Notes: a model not told the origin generated them from the sequence alone. Numbered from the stretch's first letter, positions 50,573 through 60,926 are shown. The stretch: 64,000 bases of DNA from Alphaproteobacteria bacterium (GCA_038147755.1 JAYQTS010000010.1:6848-70847); one strand, 5' to 3'. Numbers and translations are program-made.

Positions 50573-52039
50573 TTAATTATCAGATAATAACGAACGCAAT
50601 AGTTCAACATCATCACTCATTTCACTGTCATGAACAAGTAACTCTTCTACCTTTTTAACAGCATGCATAATGGTGGTATGGTCTCTTCCACCAAACTTTC
50701 TGCCAATTTCAGGATATGATGATGTTGTTAAATTTTTTGCCAAATACATAGCAATTTGGCGGGGTCTTGCAATAGACCTGGCTCGTCTTGCTGAAAACAT
50801 ATCTGAGGTCCGAATAGAAAAATGCTTTGATACCTGTTTTTGTATATCGTCAATCGTCACACGGCGACTAGAGGCTCTTATAAGGTCAGACAATGTTTCA
50901 CGTGCCATTTCAACTGTGATTGTTCTCCCAACAAGGCTGGCGTGAGCGACAATCCTATTGAAGGCTCCTTCTAATTCACGAATATTACTAGTAATTTTAT
51001 GCGCCAAAAACTCAAGTACTGCATCTGGCACACTTACAGCAACAGAATCTCTTTTAGAAATTAAAATCCCTAAACGTAGCTCATAAGTGGTGGCATGAAT
51101 ATCAGCTACCATTCCCCATCCCAACCTACTTCGAAGACGTTCTTCCATACCCGATAAATCTGTTGGTGACTTATCAGCAGACAATACCACTTGTTTCCCG
51201 TCATCTACCAGTGCATTAAATGTGTGAAAAAATTCTTCTTGTGTAGATTCTTTGCCTGAAATAAATTGCACGTCATCTATCATCAATACGTCTACAGAGC
51301 GAAATTGTTCTTTAAAAGTCATTGTATCCTTGTGTCTTAGTGCCTGAATAAACCGATACATAAATTTTTCAGCTGAAAGATACATCACTTTTCGGTTTGG
51401 CTGGCGGGAATTAATCTCCCAAGCTATTGCATGCATTAAATGTGTCTTACCAAGGCCCACACCACTATATAAGAATAAGGGGTTAAAAGCGGCAGTTGCA
51501 CTCTCAACAACACGTCTAGCAGCGGCGAAAGCTAACTCATTTGGCTTTCCAACGAAAAAATTTGAAAATGTAAAACGAGGATCCAAACCATGTGTAGAAG
51601 ATACCGCTTTCCTACTTAGCTCTTTATCTTTCATTTCAGTAATTCGTGGGGCCCTTCCCGACGGAGCATCACTTATATTCATCAAATTTGAAAGTTCATT
51701 CCAATTTATTTCGAGAGCCGAAACAGGCACCGACAGACTTTTAGCAATGAGCCTTAATTTGTCGGAATAGTGCGATTTCACTCTGTCGCATACAAGCTTG
51801 CTAGATGCACTAAGATGGATTACTCCATCTTTCAAGTCCTCAAATTCGAGAGGTTTAATCCAGCTCCGCCATGCTGTTTCGCCAATATCCTTTCTGATTT
51901 GTAAACTTATTACGTTCCAAACCTCCTCTTTTTTTTCAGATTCATTTTTACTAATAGAATTAATCCGAAAATTTTTTTCTTGAGATACGTTTTCTACGTC
52001 AGTTTGAGATATGTCTTCGTTATGAGATTCTTTTTCCAA
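50573..52039 (-). CDS. dnaA: Chromosomal replication initiator protein DnaA
   Basis: 488 aa. AAA+ GVGLGKTHLMHAI, IDDVQF, and the C-terminal DNA-binding IGRKFGGRDHTTIMHAVKKV. Confidence 0.95.
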   Translation of the reverse strand: MEKESHNEDISQTDVENVSQEKNFRINSISKNESEKKEEVWNVISLQIRKDIGETAWRSWIKPLEFEDLKDGVIHLSASSKLVCDRVKSHYSDKLRLIAKSLSVPVSALEINWNELSNLMNISDAPSGRAPRITEMKDKELSRKAVSSTHGLDPRFTFSNFFVGKPNELAFAAARRVVESATAAFNPLFLYSGVGLGKTHLMHAIAWEINSRQPNRKVMYLSAEKFMYRFIQALRHKDTMTFKEQFRSVDVLMIDDVQFISGKESTQEEFFHTFNALVDDGKQVVLSADKSPTDLSGMEERLRSRLGWGMVADIHATTYELRLGILISKRDSVAVSVPDAVLEFLAHKITSNIRELEGAFNRIVAHASLVGRTITVEMARETLSDLIRASSRRVTIDDIQKQVSKHFSIRTSDMFSARRARSIARPRQIAMYLAKNLTTSSYPEIGRKFGGRDHTTIMHAVKKVEELLVHDSEMSDDVELLRSLLSDN

Positions 52040-52353
52040 GGGATATTCCTGACACGATATTTGATATATTAATTATGATACAAACCCAACCAACAGATTA
52101 GAGAAGAATACCCATTTTACAAACTTTTGATCAAGCTAGATTCTTTAACAAAAAGGCAAATTAATTAATAAAAATTAAAATAAACAGCTTGACATCTGTT
52201 TATCCATTTTTTGAGAAAATTTTGGTTTTTTAAAAGATTCAATCTGTTAGAAAATCGAATCAGTTTTATAATAAAAAAGTAGGTTTAAAAAGAGAGGATT
52301 GACTCCCCCCATTTATAAATACTGATAAGATTTATTTTAATGGAAAACTGTTT

Positions 52354-52628
52354 TTAAGCGGCGCTAACCGAAAGTTTTTTAACACTTGCGGCGAGTCGGG
52401 ATATTTTTCTTGATGCTGTCTTTTTGTGTAAGACACCTTTGCTAACTCCCGCATTATCTCTGGTTGAGCTAATCTTAGTGCATCTTTAGCACCATCGGCG
52501 TCTCCAACTCCGACCGCAGCTTCAACTTTTTTTATAAAAGTCCGAATTCGACTTATTCTTGCCCTATTTATTTCTGCTCTAGCTAAATTTCGTCGAATTC
52601 TTTTTTTTGCTGACTTATGGTTTGCCAT
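52354..52628 (-). CDS. rpsT: 30S ribosomal protein S20, interrupted by a 1-nt frameshift at about 52448-52450
   Basis: [14 protein letters not shown]...QPEIMR, then the adjacent frame gives [30 protein letters not shown] (stop 52354-52356). The ORF-track C-terminus to 52332 is out of frame. Confidence 0.85.
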
Positions 52629-52661
52629 AATTAACCCTTATAACCCATAAAACTAGCATGG

Positions 52662-52691
52662 TGTATACGGCTGAAATATTAGGTAAGTCAA
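52662..52691 (-). promoter_or_regulatory. Candidate sigma70-type promoter for rpsT
   Basis: Reverse strand: TTGACT, an 18-nt spacer, then TATACA, about 35 nt upstream of the rpsT ATG. Motif match only. Confidence 0.25.
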
Positions 52692-52726
52692 GCTGTAATT
52701 ACCTTTTTTTCTAATAATTTTTAGAT

Positions 52727-53125
52727 TTATGGGGTTGTTAAAGGAGTAATGCTTAATCTCCAAATTAAACCTTTCAGATTGTTAGAGGATATGAACTCAA
52801 ATTTTTCTTCTCCCCTATGATATTGTTTTCCAGATATTTTCCAACCGAGTTGTGGCATGACCTCACTATAAAATTTCTCGATTGATTCTCTACTATCATT
52901 CGATGTAGCTATCAAGATAATTATACGACCAGATGGAGAGTCAAAACCAAAACTTAATTTTGGTTCTATTTTCATTGAGTTCATTACTGGGATATCGTCG
53001 ATAAAGTTTAGTCTAACATTTTCATCACATAACGAACTTTTTGTGCAAATGAACAATAGTGACATTGCAACAATGATAGCTTCATATCTAAAAGAAAGTA
53101 TCTTACTGTATTTCGAGTAATTCAT
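52727..53125 (-). CDS. Hypothetical exported/membrane-anchored protein
   Basis: 132 aa with an N-terminal hydrophobic segment (IIVAMSLLFICTKSSLC). I recognise no family. Confidence 0.55.
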   Translation of the reverse strand: MNYSKYSKILSFRYEAIIVAMSLLFICTKSSLCDENVRLNFIDDIPVMNSMKIEPKLSFGFDSPSGRIIILIATSNDSRESIEKFYSEVMPQLGWKISGKQYHRGEEKFEFISSNNLKGLIWRLSITPLTTP

Positions 53126-53164
53126 TTCTCATGTCCTATTTTGAAAAAATTATCGTAACACGAA

Positions 53165-53986
53165 TTAACGTTGACATAAACTACAATAAAATGTTGTTCG
53201 CCCTGATTGTTTTAGCTCTTTTATAATCGAACCACAACCAAGGCAAGGTTCTCCAGACCTTCCATAAACCTGCAATGATTGGATAAAATAACCTATTTCG
53301 CCACCTGGTTGAATGTGATTACGGAGGCTAGTTCCCCCTGCATCAATAGCTTCAAGGAGTATAACTTTAATAGAGTCTACAAGTTTTTCTGCTCTTTTCT
53401 TTTTTAAAGTTCTAGCCTGGCGTTTTGGAGAGATTCCTGCCCTAAATAAGGCTTCCGATGCATAAATATTCCCAATTCCTGCAATATTTCTTTGATCCAA
53501 TAAGAACGTTTTTATTGAACAAGTTTTACTGGCCGTCTTGGTGATTATATAATCAGGTGTAAATTCTTTGCTCAATGGTTCGGGCCCCAAGTTTTTTAAA
53601 AGCCAATGTGATAAGACATATTCTTCTTTAAATAAGTCAACACAACCAAACCTTCTTGGATCGGAAAATACCAGCCATTCCTCACTTTCAAAACCAATCG
53701 CAACATGGTCATGTTTTTGAAAGTTCGGTCGACTTTTATAGATTCGAAAAGCACCAGACATACCAAGGTGTATTAAAAGAATTTGCTTTGTAGAAAGGGG
53801 AATTAAAATATATTTTCCTCGTCTTTGTGGTTGCTTGCAAATTACTCCTTTAAGAGTTCTATTCAGAGATGTTGGAATAGGCCAACGCAAATTTTTTCTA
53901 CCTACAAAAATGTCGGCGATCTTTTTTCCACTAGCAATTGAAGTAATAGCGCGTTTAACTGTTTCAACTTCTGGTAACTCTGGCAA
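53165..53986 (-). CDS. mutM: Formamidopyrimidine-DNA glycosylase
   Basis: 273 aa. N-terminal MPELPEVE and a C-terminal zinc finger CLGCG...YCSLCQ. Confidence 0.95.
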   Translation of the reverse strand: MPELPEVETVKRAITSIASGKKIADIFVGRKNLRWPIPTSLNRTLKGVICKQPQRRGKYILIPLSTKQILLIHLGMSGAFRIYKSRPNFQKHDHVAIGFESEEWLVFSDPRRFGCVDLFKEEYVLSHWLLKNLGPEPLSKEFTPDYIITKTASKTCSIKTFLLDQRNIAGIGNIYASEALFRAGISPKRQARTLKKKRAEKLVDSIKVILLEAIDAGGTSLRNHIQPGGEIGYFIQSLQVYGRSGEPCLGCGSIIKELKQSGRTTFYCSLCQR

Positions 53987-54115
53987 TCTTGCATTTCCTC
54001 TTTTTACTTTATCCTGTTATAACAAATCCACAAATCAAAGCATGGTATTTGATGAACTGATTTCATCAACCTATATAGATTAAAAATATATGTTTATTTA
54101 CAGGAAACTCAACAA

Positions 54116-54892
54116 ATGAGTAAAAGTGCAGAGAACAAAAAAGTTCCGACAGCTAAATACCAAGTAGATTTTGGTTATAGCAAAGTTTCTATTACTCAAA
54201 AGCAAAATTTGGTAAATGATGTTTTCAATTCTGTCGCACCTTCCTATGATATTATGAATGACTTAATGAGCTTAGGCGTTCATAGGCTTTGGAAGGAAAC
54301 ATTGCTTGACTGGATGGCACCGCGCCCCAATCAAGTGTTAGCAGATTTGGCGGGAGGAACGGGAGATATAGCTCTTCGCTTTGTACAAAGAGGTGGTCAA
54401 TTCGCATATATTATTGATATAAATCAACAAATGCTAGCCTCAGGCCAAAAGAGAAAAGTGATGGGAAATTATAAAAATAAGCTTAATTGGCTATGTGGCG
54501 ATGCGCAAGCTATACCTTTAGCAGATAATAGTGTGGATAGAGTGACTATTGCCTTTGGACTTAGAAATGTTCCAGATCGAACCAAAGCATTAAAACAAAT
54601 AACTCGTATTCTAAAACCCGGCGGGAGATTTTGTTGTCTTGAATTTTCACATGTAAGAAACCAATTATTATCGGCTATATACGATAAATGGTCTTTTGAT
54701 GTGCTCCCCAGGCTCGGTCACCTGATAGCCGGCGATAGTCAATCTTATCAATATTTAGTGGAATCCATTCGCCAATTTCCATCACAAGCAGAGCTTAGTT
54801 TAATGATGGCAGATGCAGGGATGTCACAAATTAAAGTTAAAACACTTTCTGGCGGAATTGCGGCAATCCATTCAGGGTGGAAAATAGATTAA
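54116..54892 (+). CDS. ubiE: Ubiquinone/menaquinone biosynthesis C-methyltransferase
   Basis: 258 aa. YDIMNDLMSLGVHRLWK, SAM motif DLAGGTGD, and FGLRNV. Confidence 0.9.
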   Translation: MSKSAENKKVPTAKYQVDFGYSKVSITQKQNLVNDVFNSVAPSYDIMNDLMSLGVHRLWKETLLDWMAPRPNQVLADLAGGTGDIALRFVQRGGQFAYIIDINQQMLASGQKRKVMGNYKNKLNWLCGDAQAIPLADNSVDRVTIAFGLRNVPDRTKALKQITRILKPGGRFCCLEFSHVRNQLLSAIYDKWSFDVLPRLGHLIAGDSQSYQYLVESIRQFPSQAELSLMMADAGMSQIKVKTLSGGIAAIHSGWKID

Positions 54893-56411
54893 TGTCTTAC
54901 CTGATAGCTATATTTAGACTTCCTTATATCGGGCTTATTCTTGGGAGGGCAGGAGTCTTAGGCCATATTAGTAGACTTGCACCATTACCAGCATGGCAAA
55001 AATCACTCTTCAGCTTTGTTAACTTCCTTGTAGCTGGTAAAAATAGTCAAAAAATGCAGGTGAAACACTTTGTCTTGCTTTGCAAAAATTAGGTCCTGTA
55101 TTTATAAAATTTGGACAGGCATTATCCACACGTTCGGATTTACTTGGCCCAGATATCGCCCGCGGATTAGTAATGCTTCAAGATAGTATTCCTCCATTTC
55201 CATCCCAAATTGCCAAGAAAATAATTGAACGTGAAACAGGAAAAAAAATTGAAGAAATCTTTGTTTTCTTCAAAGATCAACCTGTAGCAGCCGCTTCAGT
55301 TGCGCAAGTACACAAAGCAAAACTTAATGATGGACGTGACGTAGCGGTAAAAATACTTCGCCCAAACATTCACAAACGCATGGCAAAAGATATAACTCTC
55401 TTTTATACACTTGCCAGAATAATGGAGTTTCTTGCTCCGCAACTTAAAAGATTACGTTTAGTTATAGCTGTGGAACAGTTTAAACAATTAACTGAACTTG
55501 AACTGGATATGCGGATGGAAGCCGCAGCAGGTGGTAAATTACGAGATAATCTGGCATCTGATACAGGTGTTCGAATTCCCTGGATAGAGCATAGTCTTAC
55601 AAGTAAGAATGTTCTTGTTTGTGAATGGATTACAGGACTTAGAATTGATGACGTAAAAGGCCTTGTAGCCTCGGGCCATAAAATTGATGATATCACTAAT
55701 AAAGCAGCAGCGAGCTTTTTTAACCAAGTATTCAGAGATGGATATTTTCATGCCGATATGCATCCAGGAAATATATTTGTGACATCTGATGGAACCCTAG
55801 TGCCAATTGATTTTGGTATTATGGGGAGTCTTTTGCCGGAAGACAGATTTTTTTTAGGAAGTTTGCTTATAGCTCTACTGGAACGAGATTATGATAAAGT
55901 TGCAAGACTACATTATGATGCAGGCATGCTTCCAGAGGAGGTCTCTCTTTCATTATTTGCACAAAATTTGAGAGCGCTCGTTGACCCAGTAATGGATAAA
56001 CCTTTGGGTGAGATAGAGCTAAGTGAAGCCCTCGGTCAAATATTACAAATATCAGCTAGATTTGATATTTGCGTGCAGCCCCAGTTCAATCTACTTCAGA
56101 AAACAATGGTGATGGCTGAGGGTGTTGCACGCAACCTTAATCCCAAAGCAAATATGTGGCATCTCGCAAAACCGCTTGCGTCTGAATGGATTCAGTCTCA
56201 AACAGGGTTTTCATTGAAACTACAGGAATTCTTTTCAGATATTGAACGGATTGTTCGCACCCTCCCAAAGATTATAGATAAATATGAAAAGAGTGTAATA
56301 GAGAAAAATACTGAAAGAAATGAAAACAAAAAGTCTTTTTTCATGTCTAACCTAGGTTGGTTTCTTGGTGGCTTATCAATAAGTGTTGCTTTTTTTCTTG
56401 TTTACAGCTAA
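54892..56411 (+). CDS. ubiB: Ubiquinone biosynthesis protein kinase-like UbiB, interrupted by a 1-nt frameshift at A-run 55049-55054
   Basis: The ATG overlaps the ubiE stop (TAATG). MSYLIAIFRL...AGKNSQK, then the adjacent frame gives AGETLCLALQKLGPVFIKFGQALSTRSDLL...HADMHPGNIF, with C-terminal TM segments. Confidence 0.85.
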
Positions 56412-56447
56412 TTTCAATTATGTGAAATATTCACCAATTTGTGAAAA

Positions 56448-57917
56448 ATGAGTTATCAGGATAAATTAAACTATTTGATTAATGCTTTTGGAGGCGCTGA
56501 TAATTTTCAAAAACTACTCGGTGTAGGTCCTAGTGCCATAAGTAATTATAAAAGCCGAAAACATTTACCTTTGAGCCAAGCAAAGAGATTATCTAAAATC
56601 GCTCCCCAGTTTGGTTTTAGTTTAGACCCACATAACCTGCTAATTAGTACTAGCGATAAAAATAAAAAACCGGAAATATTACTTATTATAACTGGCGGGA
56701 TTGCTGCATATAAAGCTCTTGAACTCATCAGACGATTACAAGATTTTGAATTCTCCATCACAGTGGTGATGACAGAAGCAGCCAAAAATTTTATAACACC
56801 TTTATCTGTATCTGCACTTACTGGAAATAAAGTTTACTCAAATTTATTTGATTTAACAGATGAGCAAGAAATGGGACATATCCAACTTGCTCGTAAGGCG
56901 GAATTAATTTTAATTGCTCCTGCAACGGCTAATTTTATCGGAAAAATAGCACATGGGCTTGCTGATGATCTTGCAAGCACGATATGTCTAGTAACAGACG
57001 CTCCTATTTTTGTTGCGCCTGCAATGAATCCACACATGTGGTCAAATATCGCAACTCAGGAAAACTGTACTACCCTGTTGAATAGGGGTGTTCGCTTCTT
57101 AGGTCCAGACAATGGCAATACCGCATGTGGGGAAATAGGTTCTGGTAGGTTTGCTGATACCTCGTTCATTGTTTCTGAGATACAAAAAACATTACACATT
57201 AAGCTAAACGAAAGAATAAGCATTAGCGATAAAAGCCAGCAAAAACCGTTGGACGGAATAAGAATTCTTATAACTGCAGGACCAACTTATGAGCCTATTG
57301 ACCCCGTTAGGTTTATTGGAAATAGGTCATCTGGAAAGCAGGGATTTGCAATTGCAGACACCTGCGCTGCTGCCGGCGCATCAGTGTGTCTCATTTCAGG
57401 GCCAGTCAATTTAGAAGCGCCAAAAGACGTCCGCCTTATTTTGGTTGATACAGCAGAACAAATGAAGAAAGCTTGTGAGAAAGAACTTGAAGTGGATTGT
57501 GTGGTTTGCGCAGCAGCTGTTTCTGATTGGCGCCCATTACAGGTCGAAAAGAGAAAAATCAAGAAATCTAATAAGAAAACACCTCAACTTGCGCTAACTA
57601 AAACACCAAACATTTTATCTTGGGTTGGATATCACAAATTAAGGCCAAGGCTTGTTATTGGATTCGCAGCAGAGACGGAAAATCTCAAAATAAACGCCAC
57701 TAACAAAAGAAAAAACAAAAATGCAGATTGGATTTTGGCAAATTCAGTTTTTCAGTCTGGTGTTTCTGTGTTCAATTCTGATAATAATGAAGTTTTTTTT
57801 GTTTCTAAAAATAATATGGAAGAATGGGGTACAAACAGTAAGGAAATGGTAGCACAAAAATTAACTGATAAGATTAGTGAATATTTTTCTGATAATCAAG
57901 AAAAGGAGGTTGTATGA
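56448..57917 (+). CDS. coaBC: Bifunctional phosphopantothenoylcysteine decarboxylase/synthetase (CoaBC) with a roughly 75-aa N-terminal HTH-like extension
   Basis: 489 aa. ITGGIAAYKALELIR and PAMNPHMW (CoaC); ITAGPTYEPIDPVRFIGNRSSGKQG (CoaB). The N-terminus FQKLLGVGPSAISNYKSRKHLPLSQAKRL resembles Cro/YdaS-type HTH. Confidence 0.85.
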   Translation: MSYQDKLNYLINAFGGADNFQKLLGVGPSAISNYKSRKHLPLSQAKRLSKIAPQFGFSLDPHNLLISTSDKNKKPEILLIITGGIAAYKALELIRRLQDFEFSITVVMTEAAKNFITPLSVSALTGNKVYSNLFDLTDEQEMGHIQLARKAELILIAPATANFIGKIAHGLADDLASTICLVTDAPIFVAPAMNPHMWSNIATQENCTTLLNRGVRFLGPDNGNTACGEIGSGRFADTSFIVSEIQKTLHIKLNERISISDKSQQKPLDGIRILITAGPTYEPIDPVRFIGNRSSGKQGFAIADTCAAAGASVCLISGPVNLEAPKDVRLILVDTAEQMKKACEKELEVDCVVCAAAVSDWRPLQVEKRKIKKSNKKTPQLALTKTPNILSWVGYHKLRPRLVIGFAAETENLKINATNKRKNKNADWILANSVFQSGVSVFNSDNNEVFFVSKNNMEEWGTNSKEMVAQKLTDKISEYFSDNQEKEVV

Positions 57918-58363
57918 GCTCTTCCCTTAACGTTGATATTGAAATATTAGACCATGCAAGTGACCTACCTATTCCTAAATATCAAACCGAAGGTGCTGCT
58001 GGTATGGATTTATATGCTGCACTTTCAAAGCCAATTGTATTAAGACCGCTTGGGAGAACTCTAATTCCAACGGGTTTAAAAATAAGCCTTCCAAAAAATT
58101 TAGAGGCTCAAATACGTCCACGTTCTGGACTTGCCTACACACATGGTATATCGATATTAAATTCACCTGGAACAATTGATAGCGACTATAGGGGTGAAAT
58201 AAAAATTTTACTTATAAATTTAGGTCAGGATAAATTTGTTATTGAACATAGTTCCAGAATTGCACAATTAATAATTGCCCCTATTATACAGGCAAAATTA
58301 AAAGTTGTATTAGCCCTTGATAAAACAAAAAGAGGACAAAAAGGTTTTGGTTCTACAGGGTAA
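57914..58363 (+). CDS. dut: dUTP diphosphatase
   Basis: 149 aa. GAAGMDL, RPRSGLA, IDSDYRGE and RGQKGFGSTG. Overlaps coaBC by 4 nt. Confidence 0.95.
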   Translation: MSSSLNVDIEILDHASDLPIPKYQTEGAAGMDLYAALSKPIVLRPLGRTLIPTGLKISLPKNLEAQIRPRSGLAYTHGISILNSPGTIDSDYRGEIKILLINLGQDKFVIEHSSRIAQLIIAPIIQAKLKVVLALDKTKRGQKGFGSTG

Positions 58364-58378
58364 AAGGCATAAAAATAA

Positions 58379-59158
58379 ATGAAGATAACCAATGCCCAAC
58401 TCCACCGTTATGCACGCCAAGTAGTGATGACTGAAATTGATGAAGAAGGACAGCAAGCATTATTATCTTCTAAAGTAGCAGTGCTAGGGGCAGGAGGCTT
58501 GGGCTCAGTTGTTATAGCAAATCTAGCGGCAGCTGGTGTTGGGGAGCTCATAATTTGTGACAATGACATTATTGATTTAAGTAATCTAAACAGGCAGATT
58601 ATTTACCGTGAGAGGGATGTTGGAAAACCAAAAACTGAAAGTGCAAAACGATTCGTTCAAGATATCAATCCGGATGTTTCGGTAAAAATAATACAACAAA
58701 CGATGGAGAAGGAAACACTCAACGATATTTTATCTGATTGCAATTTACTAGTAGATTGTGCTGACCAATTCAGCACAAGGTTTGATGCCGCCAAAGCAGC
58801 TTTCAAAAATGAAATTCCACATATTTTTGGAGGTGCCGTTCGGTTTGATGGGCAAATGGCCTCTTTGATGGCAGGTGTGGAAGGTTATAGTAATTCACCC
58901 TGTTTCGCGTGTCTTTTTCCAAAAGATTTCGGTGCGGCACAAGCCTCAAATTGTGCACAAGCTGGTATCTTATCACCCATAACAGGATTAATCGGCAACT
59001 TACAATCTTTAGAAACAATAAAGTGGATTACAAGAGCTGGTGAAATGGCAATAAACAAACTAATTTTATTCGACGGTTTTTCAAGCAACTTCAAATCCAT
59101 TGAAACGACCAAACTTGATAACTGCGTTATTTGCTCGAAAAATGACAACTTAAAATAA
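58379..59158 (+). CDS. ThiF/MoeB/HesA-family E1-like adenylyltransferase
   Basis: 259 aa. RYARQV, the nucleotide loop VLGAGGLGS, DNDIIDLSNLNRQ, and two CxxC pairs. Confidence 0.85.
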   Translation: MKITNAQLHRYARQVVMTEIDEEGQQALLSSKVAVLGAGGLGSVVIANLAAAGVGELIICDNDIIDLSNLNRQIIYRERDVGKPKTESAKRFVQDINPDVSVKIIQQTMEKETLNDILSDCNLLVDCADQFSTRFDAAKAAFKNEIPHIFGGAVRFDGQMASLMAGVEGYSNSPCFACLFPKDFGAAQASNCAQAGILSPITGLIGNLQSLETIKWITRAGEMAINKLILFDGFSSNFKSIETTKLDNCVICSKNDNLK

Positions 59159-59172
59159 CAAATTTCTGCTAC

Positions 59173-60150
59173 TTATAGCATTGCTGGAACAACTCTGTCT
59201 GGCGGGGTATGACCATCCAAAAAAGTTTGAATATTTATGATCACTTTATCCCCCATTGCATGTCTGCCTTCAATTGTGGCAGAGCCTATATGTGGAAGTA
59301 ATACTACATTTGGCAAATCAAAAAGTTCAGATTTCACAATTGGCTCATTTTCATATACATCTAAACCAGCTCCTGCAATTTTTTTCTGCTTTAATAACTC
59401 TATAAGTGCCAGCTCATCTATCACATCCCCTCTCCCAGTATTTACAAGATAAGAATGAGAAGATAGAAGACTCAATCTATGCGCATTTAAAAGATGATGT
59501 GTTGCTGGTGTGCTTGGACAATTTACCGAAATAATATCCACACGAGGAAGCATTTGCTCAACATTCTCCCAATAAGTGGCCTCCAACTCTGCCTCTGTTG
59601 AGGGATGCACAGCTTTTCTATTATGATAATGAATAGACATTCCAAATGCTTTGGCTCTTCGTGCAATAGCTTGCCCTATCGAGCCCATTCCTATAATGCC
59701 TAGTCGTTTTCCATTTATACGGTGACCAAGCATCCCGGTTGGTGACCAGCCGTCCCATTGACCAGAGCGAATTTTTGTATCTCCCTGAACAATTCGACGC
59801 GGTACTGCCAAAATAAGTGCCATAGCAACGTCTGCTGTATCCTCACTTAAAACACCTGGTGTGTTGGTAACAGTAATTCCCTTTTCACGCGCAGCATTAA
59901 CATCAATATGGTCAACACCTGTTCCAAAAGAAGCTATAAGTCTTAACCGAGGACCCGCCTGTTCTATAATGGAGGAATTAAGGTTATCTGTAACTGTTGG
60001 GACAAGAACATCAGCTGTTTTTACTGCATCAATCAACTGGGCTTGGGTAAATGGTTGATCAAACTCGTTTAATACAGCGTCAAATAGCTCTCGCATACGT
60101 GTCTCAACCGAATCTGGTAACCTACGCGTTAAGATAATTTTGGTCTTCAT
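59173..60150 (-). CDS. D-isomer-specific 2-hydroxyacid dehydrogenase (glyoxylate/hydroxypyruvate reductase-like)
   Basis: 325 aa. NAD loop GIIGMGSIGQAIARR, NTGRG, and HIGSAT with the catalytic His. Confidence 0.85.
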   Translation of the reverse strand: MKTKIILTRRLPDSVETRMRELFDAVLNEFDQPFTQAQLIDAVKTADVLVPTVTDNLNSSIIEQAGPRLRLIASFGTGVDHIDVNAAREKGITVTNTPGVLSEDTADVAMALILAVPRRIVQGDTKIRSGQWDGWSPTGMLGHRINGKRLGIIGMGSIGQAIARRAKAFGMSIHYHNRKAVHPSTEAELEATYWENVEQMLPRVDIISVNCPSTPATHHLLNAHRLSLLSSHSYLVNTGRGDVIDELALIELLKQKKIAGAGLDVYENEPIVKSELFDLPNVVLLPHIGSATIEGRHAMGDKVIINIQTFLDGHTPPDRVVPAML

Positions 60151-60329
60151 CTTCCTTCAACCTTATTTGTTTTAACCCAATACAGAAGATACTCGCATTA
60201 TAATGCACATTTCTGCTATACTAGTCCAAATGATATTTTTAAATTTAGCCCAGTTTAATAACTTTAAATTTGGTTTATGCTTGCGTCCAGATTTATTTTT
60301 TTGTATCGGAGGATGTTTAAAAAACTACT

Positions 60330-60926
60330 ATGCTTATAATCAAAAAAACTCATTATAATCGAAAACTCCTCATTAAACGAAAATGCAATCAATTGACTTT
60401 TAGATCAATTTTTATTTTCTTATACACGATAGTAGTTATGGCTATAATGGCGTCTGATGTGATGAACATGAGCAATGTATTTGCTCAGGATATTCGATTA
60501 GTTGTGCGTGGTTCTGGATATGAAATTCCCAGATTTCTGTCGCTTAAATCTGAAGAAGCAAATATGAGAGTTGGGCCAGGTAATGAATATCCGATTTTAT
60601 GGACTTATAAACAGAAAGGGTTGCCGCTCAAAATAATTGCTGAATACGATGTGTGGAGAAAAGTTATTGACCATGATGAAGTAACTGGATGGATGCATTC
60701 CAAACTATTAACTGGACGAAGAACAGCCCTAATAACTGAGCGAGTAACAAAAATTTATAAAACAAGTAAAGACAATTCTGAAATCGTAGGTTACGCTGAA
60801 AGAAATGTTATAATGGAATTACAATATTGCAAATCCCAATTCTGCAAAGTGGCTCATTCTGAATTAAAAGGTTGGATAAAACGAGACTCATTCTGGGGAC
60901 TAATTGAAGATGAAAAACTGAATTGA
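60330..60926 (+). CDS. Bacterial SH3-like domain protein (COG3807/DUF1058 type)
   Basis: N-terminal hydrophobic anchor. RVGPGNEYPILWTYKQKGLPLKIIAEYDVWRKVIDHDEVTGWMH. The true start may be an internal Met. Confidence 0.7.
   Translation: MLIIKKTHYNRKLLIKRKCNQLTFRSIFIFLYTIVVMAIMASDVMNMSNVFAQDIRLVVRGSGYEIPRFLSLKSEEANMRVGPGNEYPILWTYKQKGLPLKIIAEYDVWRKVIDHDEVTGWMHSKLLTGRRTALITERVTKIYKTSKDNSEIVGYAERNVIMELQYCKSQFCKVAHSELKGWIKRDSFWGLIEDEKLN

Noticed and set aside
52040-52331. The dnaA-rpsT spacer as the chromosomal origin (oriC).
   Set aside because: I found only one degenerate DnaA-box-like site (7 of 9 matches) and no TTAA-N7-TTAA CtrA motif. In many alphaproteobacteria oriC is not next to dnaA. 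I therefore treat the region as the dnaA promoter/regulatory region rather than calling an origin.
55122-55130. A perfect DnaA box TTATCCACA.
   Set aside because: It is a single isolated 9-mer inside the ubiB coding sequence, where it encodes ALSTR. About one chance occurrence is expected in a window of this size on two strands. There are no neighbouring boxes or AT-rich unwinding element.
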